From the NCBI GenBank assembly GCA_963804645.1, contig CAWDRG010000017.1, forward strand, positions 768,001-832,000: a stretch of 64,000 nucleotides of DNA, given 5' to 3'. This document shows positions 7,439 to 15,942 of the stretch, one piece after another (the first letter of the stretch is position 1; each line of letters starts with the position of its first letter). Below the pieces are notes generated by a model. The model saw only the letters and a list, made by a program, of their open reading frames with translations. It did no database searches and was not told the DNA's origin. This stretch comes from an uncultured Bacillota bacterium (GTDB taxonomy: Bacteria > Sysuimicrobiota > Sysuimicrobiia > Sysuimicrobiales > Segetimicrobiaceae). The position numbers and the translations under genes were made by a program.

Positions 7439-10041
7439 GCTTGAACGGGGCCGGGATGCGCGCGTCAGCCTCCGCGCTCCCGTTGTTCGTTTGGTTCCTC
7501 GTCGCGGCCGCACTCGGCTCCCTCATCGCGGGGCTGCGCGCGATGGTGGTCGGGCAGATCCCTGAAACACTCGTGATCGCGATTACCATCGCGATCCTCG
7601 ATCTGTATCCGATCTACCTCGATCCCACGGGTGAAATCCCGCTGACCCCCGTCATCACCGTGGGGGCGGTGGTGCTGTTTGGGTGGGCGCCGACGATCGT
7701 CGGCGCCGCTGTCGGCACGCTCTTCGGGCTGTTCAGGCACCCCGCGCGGGAGGTCGTGGTCAACGGCAGCATCCGGCTCGGCGCGCTCATCGCTGCCGCC
7801 GGTCTCGCCAGCGTCGCGCCCGCGATGGGTTCGAACCGCGATGTGAGCGCGGTGATCGCGGTGCTCTATGCCGGCGCCGGGTACTGGGCGGCGTCTGTGT
7901 TCCTGTCCGCGGCCCGCCTGTGTACCGAAGACGCGGTCACGTGGCAGCGTGCCGTCAGATTCCAGCTGGCGGCCACGACGTTCCACCTGGCCGTGTTCAC
8001 CCTCGCGGCCGCCGTCGCGGTGTGGGTGATCAGCAACGATCCGTCGCGGATCGACCTCCTGCTCGTCCCTCCGCTCGCCGCCACGTTGGTGCTCCAGCTC
8101 TACCTGCCTCGAATTCTGCGCGGCGAACAACAGCGCCGCGCGCTCTCCTCGGTGTCGGTGCTCGCGGCCGCGGTCGACGCCAAAGACCCGTATACTGCCA
8201 ACCACTCGGCCGCGGTGGCCGAACTGTCCCGGCGCGTCGCGAGAGTGCTCGACCTCGACGAGCCCGACGTGCACCGCGTCTACCTCACCGGGCTGCTCCA
8301 CGACGTCGGCAAGACCGTCGTGCCGCCGGAGATTCTCCTGAAAACCGGAAAGCTGACGGAGGACGAATGGCAGGTAATGCGCTCGCACGTCGAGGCCGGC
8401 GTTCGGATCGTCCAGTCGATTGGCGGGCTGGCGGAGATCGCCCCATTCGTCGGGGCCAGCCACGAGCGCCTCGACGGGGCCGGCTACCCGGCGGGCCTGG
8501 CCGGCAACGCCATTCCCCTGAGCTCCCGCATCAATCTCGTGGTCGACGCGTACAACGCGCTGACGACGAACCGCCCCTACCGCCCGGCCCGTCCGCCTGA
8601 GGCGGCGCTCCGCGAGCTCGAAGCGCACACGGGAACGCAGTTCGACCCGCGGGTGGTCACGGCGATCCGCACCGCCCTCGGATTGAGCCGGGCGCTTCCT
8701 CCGCAGCGCGACGCGCCGGATCCGCGGGTGGTCGCGACGCTTCGTACCGCGCTCGGGCTCAAGCGCGCCCCCGAAACGCGCGAGGACGCACCAAACGCGT
8801 TGACGTTGTTCCGGCAGCCGGCATTCGCGCTCCTGTGGATCGGGCAACTCGTGAGCTTCCTCGGCGATGAAGTTTTCTTCATCGCCCTATCGCTCTGGGT
8901 CTACCGGCTCACCGGATCCGCGACGATCCTCGCGGTCGCGCTGATCGCCGCGACCGTGGGCCAAGGCCTGCTGGGACTGCTGGCCGGCGCGCTCGCGGAC
9001 CGGATGGACCGTCGCGGAGTCATGATCGCCGCTGACCTCGGGCGGGCGGTCCTCGTGGGCATGCTCCCCTTTGTCATTCTCCGGTCGCTGCCCCTAGGAT
9101 TCCTCGTCCTCGTGGTGTTGAGTGTCGGCACCGTGTTCTTTCGCGCCGCGGTCTACGGGTTGATCCCGTCGATCGTCACGCGAGCGCTCCTCCCGTCTGG
9201 CAATGCGCTGTTGCAGACGACCGAGCGCGTCGCCGAGATCGTCGGCGGGGTGTTGGGGGGGGTGATTGTGCTCACGCTCGGCTACGTCGCGGTGTTCTAT
9301 CTGGACGCCCTGAGCTTTCTCGTGAGCGCGGTGTGCATCGGCCTGATGCCGGTGGCATGGCGGGCGGGTCTCGCCGCGACCGGCCCCAAACACATCGCCA
9401 CGGACATTAAAGAAGGCCTCGACTACATCCGACACACGCCGCTGCACTGGGCGCTGGCACTCTTGATTATCCCAGGGTACCTCACGCTCGCGTTTACCGG
9501 TCTCAGAGCGCCGATGATCATCAAGGCGGCGGCGCTGCCGGCGGTCGCCTACGGCGTCGTCAACAGTGTGATCGGGGTCGGCAAGCTTGTGTCCGCGCTG
9601 TCGCTGGCCGCGATCCCGCGCGGCTGGAGCAACGTGTCGTTCGTGGTCGGATCGTTCCTCCTGACGGCGCTCGGGATCCTGCTGTTCGGCGCCACCACGT
9701 CGTACTCGGTGCTCCTCATGGGGGCGTTCCTGTTCGGCGCCGGAAATATCGCCTCGAACATCGCCAACGCGTCCATTTCCCTGTCCAACACGCCGTCCGG
9801 GATCGTGGGCCGACTGATGTCCAGCCGACAGGTCTTCATCGCCGGCACCACGCTGGTCGGCATGTTGATCTTCGGCAGGCTGGCCGACGTCGCCGGCCCG
9901 CCGTTCGCGCTCGTGATGCTGGGAGCCGTCTCGGCCGGGGGCGTGCTGATCGTGTGGTTCACCATCGGCCGCCGGGTCGCTCCGCCAACCTCTCAGGACG
10001 TGCCTCGCAGCGTCACCGTGCCGTCCCAGCGCAACGCATAG
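7435..10041 (+). CDS. Three-part fusion: N-terminal multi-TM domain + HD-GYP phosphodiesterase domain + C-terminal MFS transporter (868 aa)
   Basis: GTGA overlap with the upstream gene. HD-GYP motifs: DPYTANHS, LLHDVGK, GKLTEDEW, HERLDGAGYP, RPYR, GTQFDP. MFS motifs: FALLWIGQLVSFLGD, GALADRMDRRGVMIAADLGR, FYLDALSFLVSA, DIKEGLDYI. One uninterrupted ORF. Confidence 0.9.
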   Translation: MSLNGAGMRASASALPLFVWFLVAAALGSLIAGLRAMVVGQIPETLVIAITIAILDLYPIYLDPTGEIPLTPVITVGAVVLFGWAPTIVGAAVGTLFGLFRHPAREVVVNGSIRLGALIAAAGLASVAPAMGSNRDVSAVIAVLYAGAGYWAASVFLSAARLCTEDAVTWQRAVRFQLAATTFHLAVFTLAAAVAVWVISNDPSRIDLLLVPPLAATLVLQLYLPRILRGEQQRRALSSVSVLAAAVDAKDPYTANHSAAVAELSRRVARVLDLDEPDVHRVYLTGLLHDVGKTVVPPEILLKTGKLTEDEWQVMRSHVEAGVRIVQSIGGLAEIAPFVGASHERLDGAGYPAGLAGNAIPLSSRINLVVDAYNALTTNRPYRPARPPEAALRELEAHTGTQFDPRVVTAIRTALGLSRALPPQRDAPDPRVVATLRTALGLKRAPETREDAPNALTLFRQPAFALLWIGQLVSFLGDEVFFIALSLWVYRLTGSATILAVALIAATVGQGLLGLLAGALADRMDRRGVMIAADLGRAVLVGMLPFVILRSLPLGFLVLVVLSVGTVFFRAAVYGLIPSIVTRALLPSGNALLQTTERVAEIVGGVLGGVIVLTLGYVAVFYLDALSFLVSAVCIGLMPVAWRAGLAATGPKHIATDIKEGLDYIRHTPLHWALALLIIPGYLTLAFTGLRAPMIIKAAALPAVAYGVVNSVIGVGKLVSALSLAAIPRGWSNVSFVVGSFLLTALGILLFGATTSYSVLLMGAFLFGAGNIASNIANASISLSNTPSGIVGRLMSSRQVFIAGTTLVGMLIFGRLADVAGPPFALVMLGAVSAGGVLIVWFTIGRRVAPPTSQDVPRSVTVPSQRNA
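8644..8793 (+). repeat. Diverged 75-bp (25-aa) tandem duplication at the HD-GYP/MFS junction
   Basis: DPRVVTAIRTALGLSRALPPQRDAP followed by DPRVVATLRTALGLKRAPETREDAP. Confidence 0.85.
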
Positions 10042-10237
10042 GGCCGCCGGGCGCGGAGTCGGCCGGCCCTGGCGTACGCGCCGCCTGCCTCAGAGGTCTA
10101 GAACCCCACCCCCCAGTGTACACACGGGATGGCCGGCACCAGCGCGCGCCGGCTCAGTTTAGGCACGTCGGAGCAGTGCACGGACCTGCCGGACGCCATA
10201 CGCAGCAGCCGCCACACCAGGATGGGGGAGACGTCAC

Positions 10238-11998
10238 ATGAGATCCGATCGAACGCTCGCCTGCATGCTCGTCGTCCTGCTCATTGTCCTCGTCGCGGGC
10301 GCCGCGGCCAGCGGGGCCGGAGCGCCCGTGAACAATCCGGGCACGTTCGTCACCGAGCGCCTGGCGGATCCGCAGAGCCTCGATCCCGCCTACGCGTACG
10401 ATACCGCGAGCGAAGAGATCATCTACCCCAACGTCTACGAGACCCTGATCGGGTACGACGGCAGCGTCCTGTCCCACTATGTGCCGGTGCTGGCTGCCCA
10501 AGTGCCGAGCGTGGGCAATCACCTGATCACGCCGGACGGGCTCACGTACACGTTCCCGATCCGCGCCGGGGTGCGGTTTCACGACGGGTCCGTGATGACT
10601 CCCGAGGACGTGCGCTATTCGATCTTGCGCTTCATGCTGCAGGACCGCGACGGCGGCCCGTCGTGGCTGCTGCTCACGCCCCTGCTCGGGACCGAGAGCA
10701 CGCGCGACGCCAAGGGCAACATCGCCGTGACGTACGCGCAGGCCGCCAAGGCCGTAACGGTCGAGGGGCACAACGTGGTCTTCCACCTCGCCCATCCGTA
10801 CGGCGCGTTTCTGAGCATCATGGCGGCGTGGTCGTTTGTCCTCCCGCGCGCGTGGGCCGCGGCGCACGGTGACTGGGACGGCAGCCCGGCGACGTGGCAG
10901 CGCTACAACAACCCGAAGCTCCAGGACCGCTACGCGTTCGACCATATGAACGGCACCGGGCCGTTCCTGCTGCAGCAGTGGGACCGGCAGGCCAAGCAGA
11001 TCATTCTGGTCCGGAACCCGCAGTACTGGCGCGCGCCGGCCCGGTTGTCGCAGGTCGTGATCCGCACCGTCCCCGAGTTTGGGACGCGCCGCCTCGAGCT
11101 CCAGCGCGGCGACGCCGACCTCATCGACGTCCTGCGCCCGGATCAGCCCCAGGTGGCGGGACTGGACGGCGTGACGATCCGTGACGGCCTTCCGCAGCTG
11201 GCGCTGCTGGCCCTCGACTTCAACCTGCAGATCGACCCCACCGCCAATCCCGATATCGGCAGCGGGAAGCTTGATGGGAACGGGATCCCGCCGGACTTCT
11301 TCAGCGACGTCCACGTCCGCCAGGCGTTCGCGTACGCGTTCGACTACGGGACGTTCATCCGGGACGGATACCGGGGGGACGCGGTCCAGCCGAACGGCCC
11401 CATCATCCAGGGCCTGCTCGGATACGATGCGTCGATGCCGCGGTACACGTTCGACCGGCAGAAGGCGATCGCGGAGTTCAAGGAGGCGTGGGGCGGGAAG
11501 CTGTGGGACGTAGGGTTCCGCTTCACCGAAACGTACAACACCGGCAATGTGATCCGTCAGGTCGCCGCGCAGATCCTCAAGGACGAGGTCGAGTCGCTCA
11601 ACCCGAAGTTCCGGATCGACATCCGCGATCTCGCTTGGTCGTCGTTCCTCCAGATGGTCGGCCAGCATCGGGGCACGCTGTACGGCATGGCCTGGACGGT
11701 CGACTATCCCGATCCCGACGACTTCGCACAGCCGTTCATGGCGAGCAACGGTTCCTACCCGAAGCGGGACGGCTTCAGCGATCCCGCCGCGGACCAGCTG
11801 GTCGCGGAGGCGGCGGCCATGTCCGATCCCGCCAAGCGCGCGGCGATCTACCAGCAGCTGTCCAAGCTCTCGTACACCGACGCGCCCAGCATCTACATCG
11901 CGCAGCCGACCGGGTTCGCGGTGATGCGGACGTGGGTCCGCGGATGGTACTACAACCCGGTGATCGTGCAGGACTACGGCCCGCTGTTCAAGCAGTAG
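10238..11998 (+). CDS. ABC transporter substrate-binding protein, family 5 (OppA/DppA-like)
   Basis: Signal peptide; SLDPAYAYD, VYETLI, DGLTYTF.IR.GVRFHDG, GTGPF, W..DYPDPD. Confidence 0.93.
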   Translation: MRSDRTLACMLVVLLIVLVAGAAASGAGAPVNNPGTFVTERLADPQSLDPAYAYDTASEEIIYPNVYETLIGYDGSVLSHYVPVLAAQVPSVGNHLITPDGLTYTFPIRAGVRFHDGSVMTPEDVRYSILRFMLQDRDGGPSWLLLTPLLGTESTRDAKGNIAVTYAQAAKAVTVEGHNVVFHLAHPYGAFLSIMAAWSFVLPRAWAAAHGDWDGSPATWQRYNNPKLQDRYAFDHMNGTGPFLLQQWDRQAKQIILVRNPQYWRAPARLSQVVIRTVPEFGTRRLELQRGDADLIDVLRPDQPQVAGLDGVTIRDGLPQLALLALDFNLQIDPTANPDIGSGKLDGNGIPPDFFSDVHVRQAFAYAFDYGTFIRDGYRGDAVQPNGPIIQGLLGYDASMPRYTFDRQKAIAEFKEAWGGKLWDVGFRFTETYNTGNVIRQVAAQILKDEVESLNPKFRIDIRDLAWSSFLQMVGQHRGTLYGMAWTVDYPDPDDFAQPFMASNGSYPKRDGFSDPAADQLVAEAAAMSDPAKRAAIYQQLSKLSYTDAPSIYIAQPTGFAVMRTWVRGWYYNPVIVQDYGPLFKQ

Positions 11999-12023
11999 GC
12001 CGCGATCGGGCTCGCGCGGGCGG

Positions 12024-12050
12024 AGGCCCCCGGGAACCTCGGGGGCCTTT
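12024..12050. terminator. Hairpin terminator between convergent genes
   Basis: aggcccccg-ggaacct-cgggggcct followed by tt. Confidence 0.6.
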
Positions 12051-12055
12051 CCGTG

Positions 12056-13387
12056 CTAGCGGGGCGAGTCGGCGCGCAGCACCTCAAGCGCCCGCGAGAG
12101 ATACGGCGCGGCCTGCGACGCGCGGCCGTGTTTCAGGAGTAGATCGCCGAGCGCGTTGCACGCGTTCGCGACGTCCGCCTGCATCCCAAGCGCGGTGAAT
12201 CCGTCGATCGCCTGCTTGTAGCAGCGAATCGCCTCCGGCATCCGGCCGGTCGCCGCCCGGAGCTGGGCGCGGGCGGCCTGAATGCGGGCGCCCTCGGTGA
12301 CATCCTTGAACCGGTCGGTCAGCCGCTCGGCCTCGTCAAGCAGCGCATCCGCCGAGGCGAACTCGCCTTTTGCGATCATGGCGCGTCCCAATTCTGTGAG
12401 CGACCGTGCCCGCCCGGGGTCGTCGCCGGTCTCCGCCTTGATCCGGAGACTCGCCTCGATGTGCGCGATCGCGTCGTCGACCTTCCCCTCAGCCAAGAGC
12501 GTGATCCCGATGCTGTTGTGGGCCCATCCGAGCAGCCGCCGGTCTTCGAGCACCTCGAACACGTGCTCCGCCCGGTTCAGATGCGCCAGCGCCGCGTCGT
12601 AGTGCCCTCGCTCGCGCTCGGCCACTCCGAGCTGGACGTGCACCAGACCGAGCCGGTGCATGTCCCCGGTCGACTCCAGCAGGGCCATCGCCCGCTCGTA
12701 CCAGCGGGCGGCCTCCACGTGGTCGCCCATCTCCATGTGCGTGTTGCCGATGTTGTACAGTAGAATGCCGCCGAACCCGCGATCCGGGTGATCGAACTCT
12801 TCGAACCGGCGGTACGCCTCGGCAAAATGCCCGCGCGCCTCAAGCAGGCGGCGCTCCTGGTACGCGATCATGCCGAGCACGTGGTGGATGCGCACGAGGT
12901 GATGCGAGGCCCCGGCCGTCTCGGCAAGGTCCCGCCCGCGCTCCACGTTCCGACGGGCCAAGTCATGCTGCCGGAGACCCGCGAGCGCCGTCGCGAGCCC
13001 GATGCAGCATTCGGCCTCGAGGGCTGGATCGTCGTCCCCCGCGGCCAGCGCGAGCGCCTCGTTGAACGCCTCGGCGGCGCCGGTATAATCGCCCTGCTTG
13101 ACCTTGACCCAGCCCGCGGCCACGGTGACGCGAACCGCTTTGGCCCCGAGGGTCGTGCCTCGCTCCAGAAAATAGCCGACGGGCCTCTGCAGGCGGCCGG
13201 CGAGCACGCCCAGGGTGTCCAGCGACGGCTTCGCGCGGCCTTTTTCGATCAGGCTGATGAACGCTTTGCTGACGTCAGCGCCGCCGAGTTGGGTCTGAGT
13301 CAGGCCCAACTCCTTCCGTCGGGTCCGAATGCGTTCCCCCAAGGAAGACAACGTCGATCCCCCGGTCTCGCGTCGGTGCGCGCCCAT
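12056..13387 (-). CDS. XRE-type HTH + TPR regulator (RRNPP-like), copy 2, paralog of 2970-4268
   Basis: LGERIRTRRKELGLTQTQLGG. Shares GDYTGAAEAFNEAL, LGWAHNSIGITLLA, HIEASLRIK, GDDPGRAR and SQAAPYLSRALEVLR with copy 1. Start could be the TTG about 11 codons downstream. Confidence 0.88.
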   Translation of the reverse strand: MGAHRRETGGSTLSSLGERIRTRRKELGLTQTQLGGADVSKAFISLIEKGRAKPSLDTLGVLAGRLQRPVGYFLERGTTLGAKAVRVTVAAGWVKVKQGDYTGAAEAFNEALALAAGDDDPALEAECCIGLATALAGLRQHDLARRNVERGRDLAETAGASHHLVRIHHVLGMIAYQERRLLEARGHFAEAYRRFEEFDHPDRGFGGILLYNIGNTHMEMGDHVEAARWYERAMALLESTGDMHRLGLVHVQLGVAERERGHYDAALAHLNRAEHVFEVLEDRRLLGWAHNSIGITLLAEGKVDDAIAHIEASLRIKAETGDDPGRARSLTELGRAMIAKGEFASADALLDEAERLTDRFKDVTEGARIQAARAQLRAATGRMPEAIRCYKQAIDGFTALGMQADVANACNALGDLLLKHGRASQAAPYLSRALEVLRADSPR

Positions 13388-13521
13388 CCACTACCGCGAA
13401 GCGCTCGGTACGGCTGGTATCTGATACTGGATCCCGGGTCTCGAACCCTTGTGCATTCGCAGCACCCGGCCAGCCCGGGGGCCGGCCGGCAGTCGGATCG
13501 GGATCGGGGCGGCGAGGCCGG

Positions 13522-14898
13522 TCAGAAGAGACTGAGCGTCACGAGCGCGTGCGCGCGGCTGGTATGGGGGGTCAGATCCACGGGCTGCACGTGGCGGACC
13601 GTAAACCCCTCTTTCGAGAGCGCGACCACGTCGCGGACCAGCGCGCCGAGGGCCCCTCCGAGGTACACGATGTGCCGCACCCCCGCGAGTTTCAGGGTCC
13701 GGCCCGCCGCCGCGGGCAGCCCGATGCCGGAGGGGTGCAGGAACGCAAGCCGGGTGGCCTCGCCGCGAATCGCGTCATGCCAGTCGCTGCCGAATCCGTC
13801 GACGACGAAGGTGACGTTGGCGAAGTCATCGAGCGCCGCATTCGTCCGTGCGGTGTCCAGGTCCCGCTCCGACGTCACCGCGATGACCCTGCCCACGTCA
13901 AGCGCGAGGTGGAAGGTGAACGCGCCGATCCCGGCGTTCAGCTCGACGAGCGCGTCCGCGCGGGACCCATCGAGCTCTCCGAGGATCATTTCGAGGAGTC
14001 CCGGGAATGCGCGCGCGTTGATGGGAAAGTCCGCCAGCGGAGGGACCTGCAGCCGGACCCCCAGCACCTCCTTCCGGAGATGTCCCCTGCCCCACAGAAG
14101 GCTGCTGTCATACTCCTCGACCCCATGCGCCCCGGGACGCGGGATGAACTCCACGAGGCCGGTCAACCCGGGGATCTGGTCCAAGACGGCGTCCACGACC
14201 CGCTCCCGGTCGTCCGACGACATCGCGTGCCGCACGACGAACCCGACCATGAGGTCGCCGGTCGTCTCGGCGACTCGAAGCCGCACGCCGCGAATCGCGC
14301 CGGGGCTCTGCCCGTATGGCGCAAAACGGGCCGGCCACACCCTCCGCAAGGCGTCGAGCGCCTGCACCAGCGCGGGGTGGCTGGTGCTGCACTGCCGGAT
14401 GTTCACGAGGTGATCGGACCCCCATGCGTGGAGTCCGAGTATCAGCTCGTCGCCCCGCGCGCCCACAAATACGTTCATCTGCGTCCGGTACTCCCACGGA
14501 GGCTCCCACCCGACCGCCGGCGGCATCGACAGATCCGGGTACCCGGCGTCCCGCAGCGCATCGCGCACGAGGTCCTGTTTCTGCTCGAGCTGCACCGTAT
14601 ACGCGAGATGCTGCCACTGGCAGCCTCCGCACACGCCAAAGTGCGCGCATCGAGGCTGCACGATGTGGGGGGACGACCGCAGCAGCTTCACGAGCCGGCC
14701 GCGGAGCGTGCCGCCGTCCGAGGCAACGATGCGGACGACGGCACGGTCGCCCGGCGCGGCGTACGGAACGGCCAGCGTCCGACCGCGGAGGGCGGCCAGC
14801 GCCTCCCCCCCGGCGCCCATGCGGTCTATGCGTACGGTCACCTGCCGGCCGGGGAGTGGGGTCGAACGCGGCGCGGTATCGCCGAGCGGGCGCGTCAT
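13522..14898 (-). CDS. RlmD/TrmA-like TRAM-domain class I SAM-dependent RNA methyltransferase homolog (catalytic motifs degenerate)
   Basis: TRAM domain (VRIDRMGAGGEALA..VPYAAPGD), Fe-S motif PRCAHFGVCGGCQWQH..KQ, WEYR, C-terminal VQPVDLTPHT. Confidence 0.82.
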   Translation of the reverse strand: MTRPLGDTAPRSTPLPGRQVTVRIDRMGAGGEALAALRGRTLAVPYAAPGDRAVVRIVASDGGTLRGRLVKLLRSSPHIVQPRCAHFGVCGGCQWQHLAYTVQLEQKQDLVRDALRDAGYPDLSMPPAVGWEPPWEYRTQMNVFVGARGDELILGLHAWGSDHLVNIRQCSTSHPALVQALDALRRVWPARFAPYGQSPGAIRGVRLRVAETTGDLMVGFVVRHAMSSDDRERVVDAVLDQIPGLTGLVEFIPRPGAHGVEEYDSSLLWGRGHLRKEVLGVRLQVPPLADFPINARAFPGLLEMILGELDGSRADALVELNAGIGAFTFHLALDVGRVIAVTSERDLDTARTNAALDDFANVTFVVDGFGSDWHDAIRGEATRLAFLHPSGIGLPAAAGRTLKLAGVRHIVYLGGALGALVRDVVALSKEGFTVRHVQPVDLTPHTSRAHALVTLSLF

Positions 14899-15081
14899 GC
14901 GCGCACCGTCCGGCGGGATCGCGGGCACGGCGTGCCGCTGCCGGCGTGCCCGCGGGACACGCCGTGCGCGAGACTCCGTACTGGACGGCCCGCCAATCTC
15001 CGAGACGGCATCGGCTCGCTCAGTCTTCGGTTTATTCGCGCGCGGGTTGGAACTCCAGCCGGCGCGGCGTGGGAACGACGG

Positions 15082-15942
15082 CTACCGTAGGCGCTCGAGC
15101 AGCGGTTCGACGTCCGCTCCGCTAAGCTCCCGCGGCCACATCGGGAGCCGCTTGGCCTCCGGCTTCGGCTGAGGATTCCGGTAGATGATCCCGAGCGGAA
15201 GCTTTTCGCGGCGTCTGAAGTCCTGGATCAAGTCGCGCGCCGCATCCTTACTCGAGGGATCGTGGTCCGCGGGGACCGCCTCGACGTGCGCCCGGAACCA
15301 GTCGTAGGTGTTGATCTTATTATAGGTCACGCACGGGGAGAAGTCGTTGACGAGCGCGAACCCGTGGTGCCGCACGCCTTCGACGATCATCTGGGAGGCG
15401 TGCTTCGGATCTCCCGAGAACGACTGCGCGATGAACGTCGCCCCGCAGGTCAGCGCGATTTCGATCGGATCGATAAACGGCGGATGCTCCTCCGACGACC
15501 GCCAGTTCGGCTGGCCGAGCCCCGCGGACGGAGAATCCTGCCCCTTCGTCAACCCGTACACGCCGTTGTTCATGATGACGAGCGTCACGTTGGGATCGCG
15601 CCGGCAGATGTGCACGAAGTTCTCGATCCCGATCGCCAGCGTGTCGCCGTCCCCGGCCATGACCAAGACGGTCAGCTCCGGGTTCGCCATCTTGGCGCCG
15701 AGGGCGTACGCCAGGGCGCCCCCGTGCGTGCCGTAAAACGAGTTGCCGTTCAGGTAGTTCCGGATCTGCCCCGAGCACCCGATCCCGCCCACGAGCAGCA
15801 CCTCCGACGGCGTCAGCTCGAGCGTCGTCAGGGCCGCCTTCGCCGCGTTCAGGAGGCCGAAGTCGCCGCATCCGGGACACCATTGGATGCGGTGCCGCGG
15901 TGCCGCATTCTGCTCCCAGACGGACTTGGTCGCTTCAGCCAT
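15082..15942 (-). CDS. 2-oxoacid:ferredoxin oxidoreductase beta subunit (TPP-binding)
   Basis: WCPGCGDFG, GIGCSG, GDGD, NNGVYGLTKGQ.SP, SPCVTYN. Confidence 0.95.
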   Translation of the reverse strand: MAEATKSVWEQNAAPRHRIQWCPGCGDFGLLNAAKAALTTLELTPSEVLLVGGIGCSGQIRNYLNGNSFYGTHGGALAYALGAKMANPELTVLVMAGDGDTLAIGIENFVHICRRDPNVTLVIMNNGVYGLTKGQDSPSAGLGQPNWRSSEEHPPFIDPIEIALTCGATFIAQSFSGDPKHASQMIVEGVRHHGFALVNDFSPCVTYNKINTYDWFRAHVEAVPADHDPSSKDAARDLIQDFRRREKLPLGIIYRNPQPKPEAKRLPMWPRELSGADVEPLLERLR

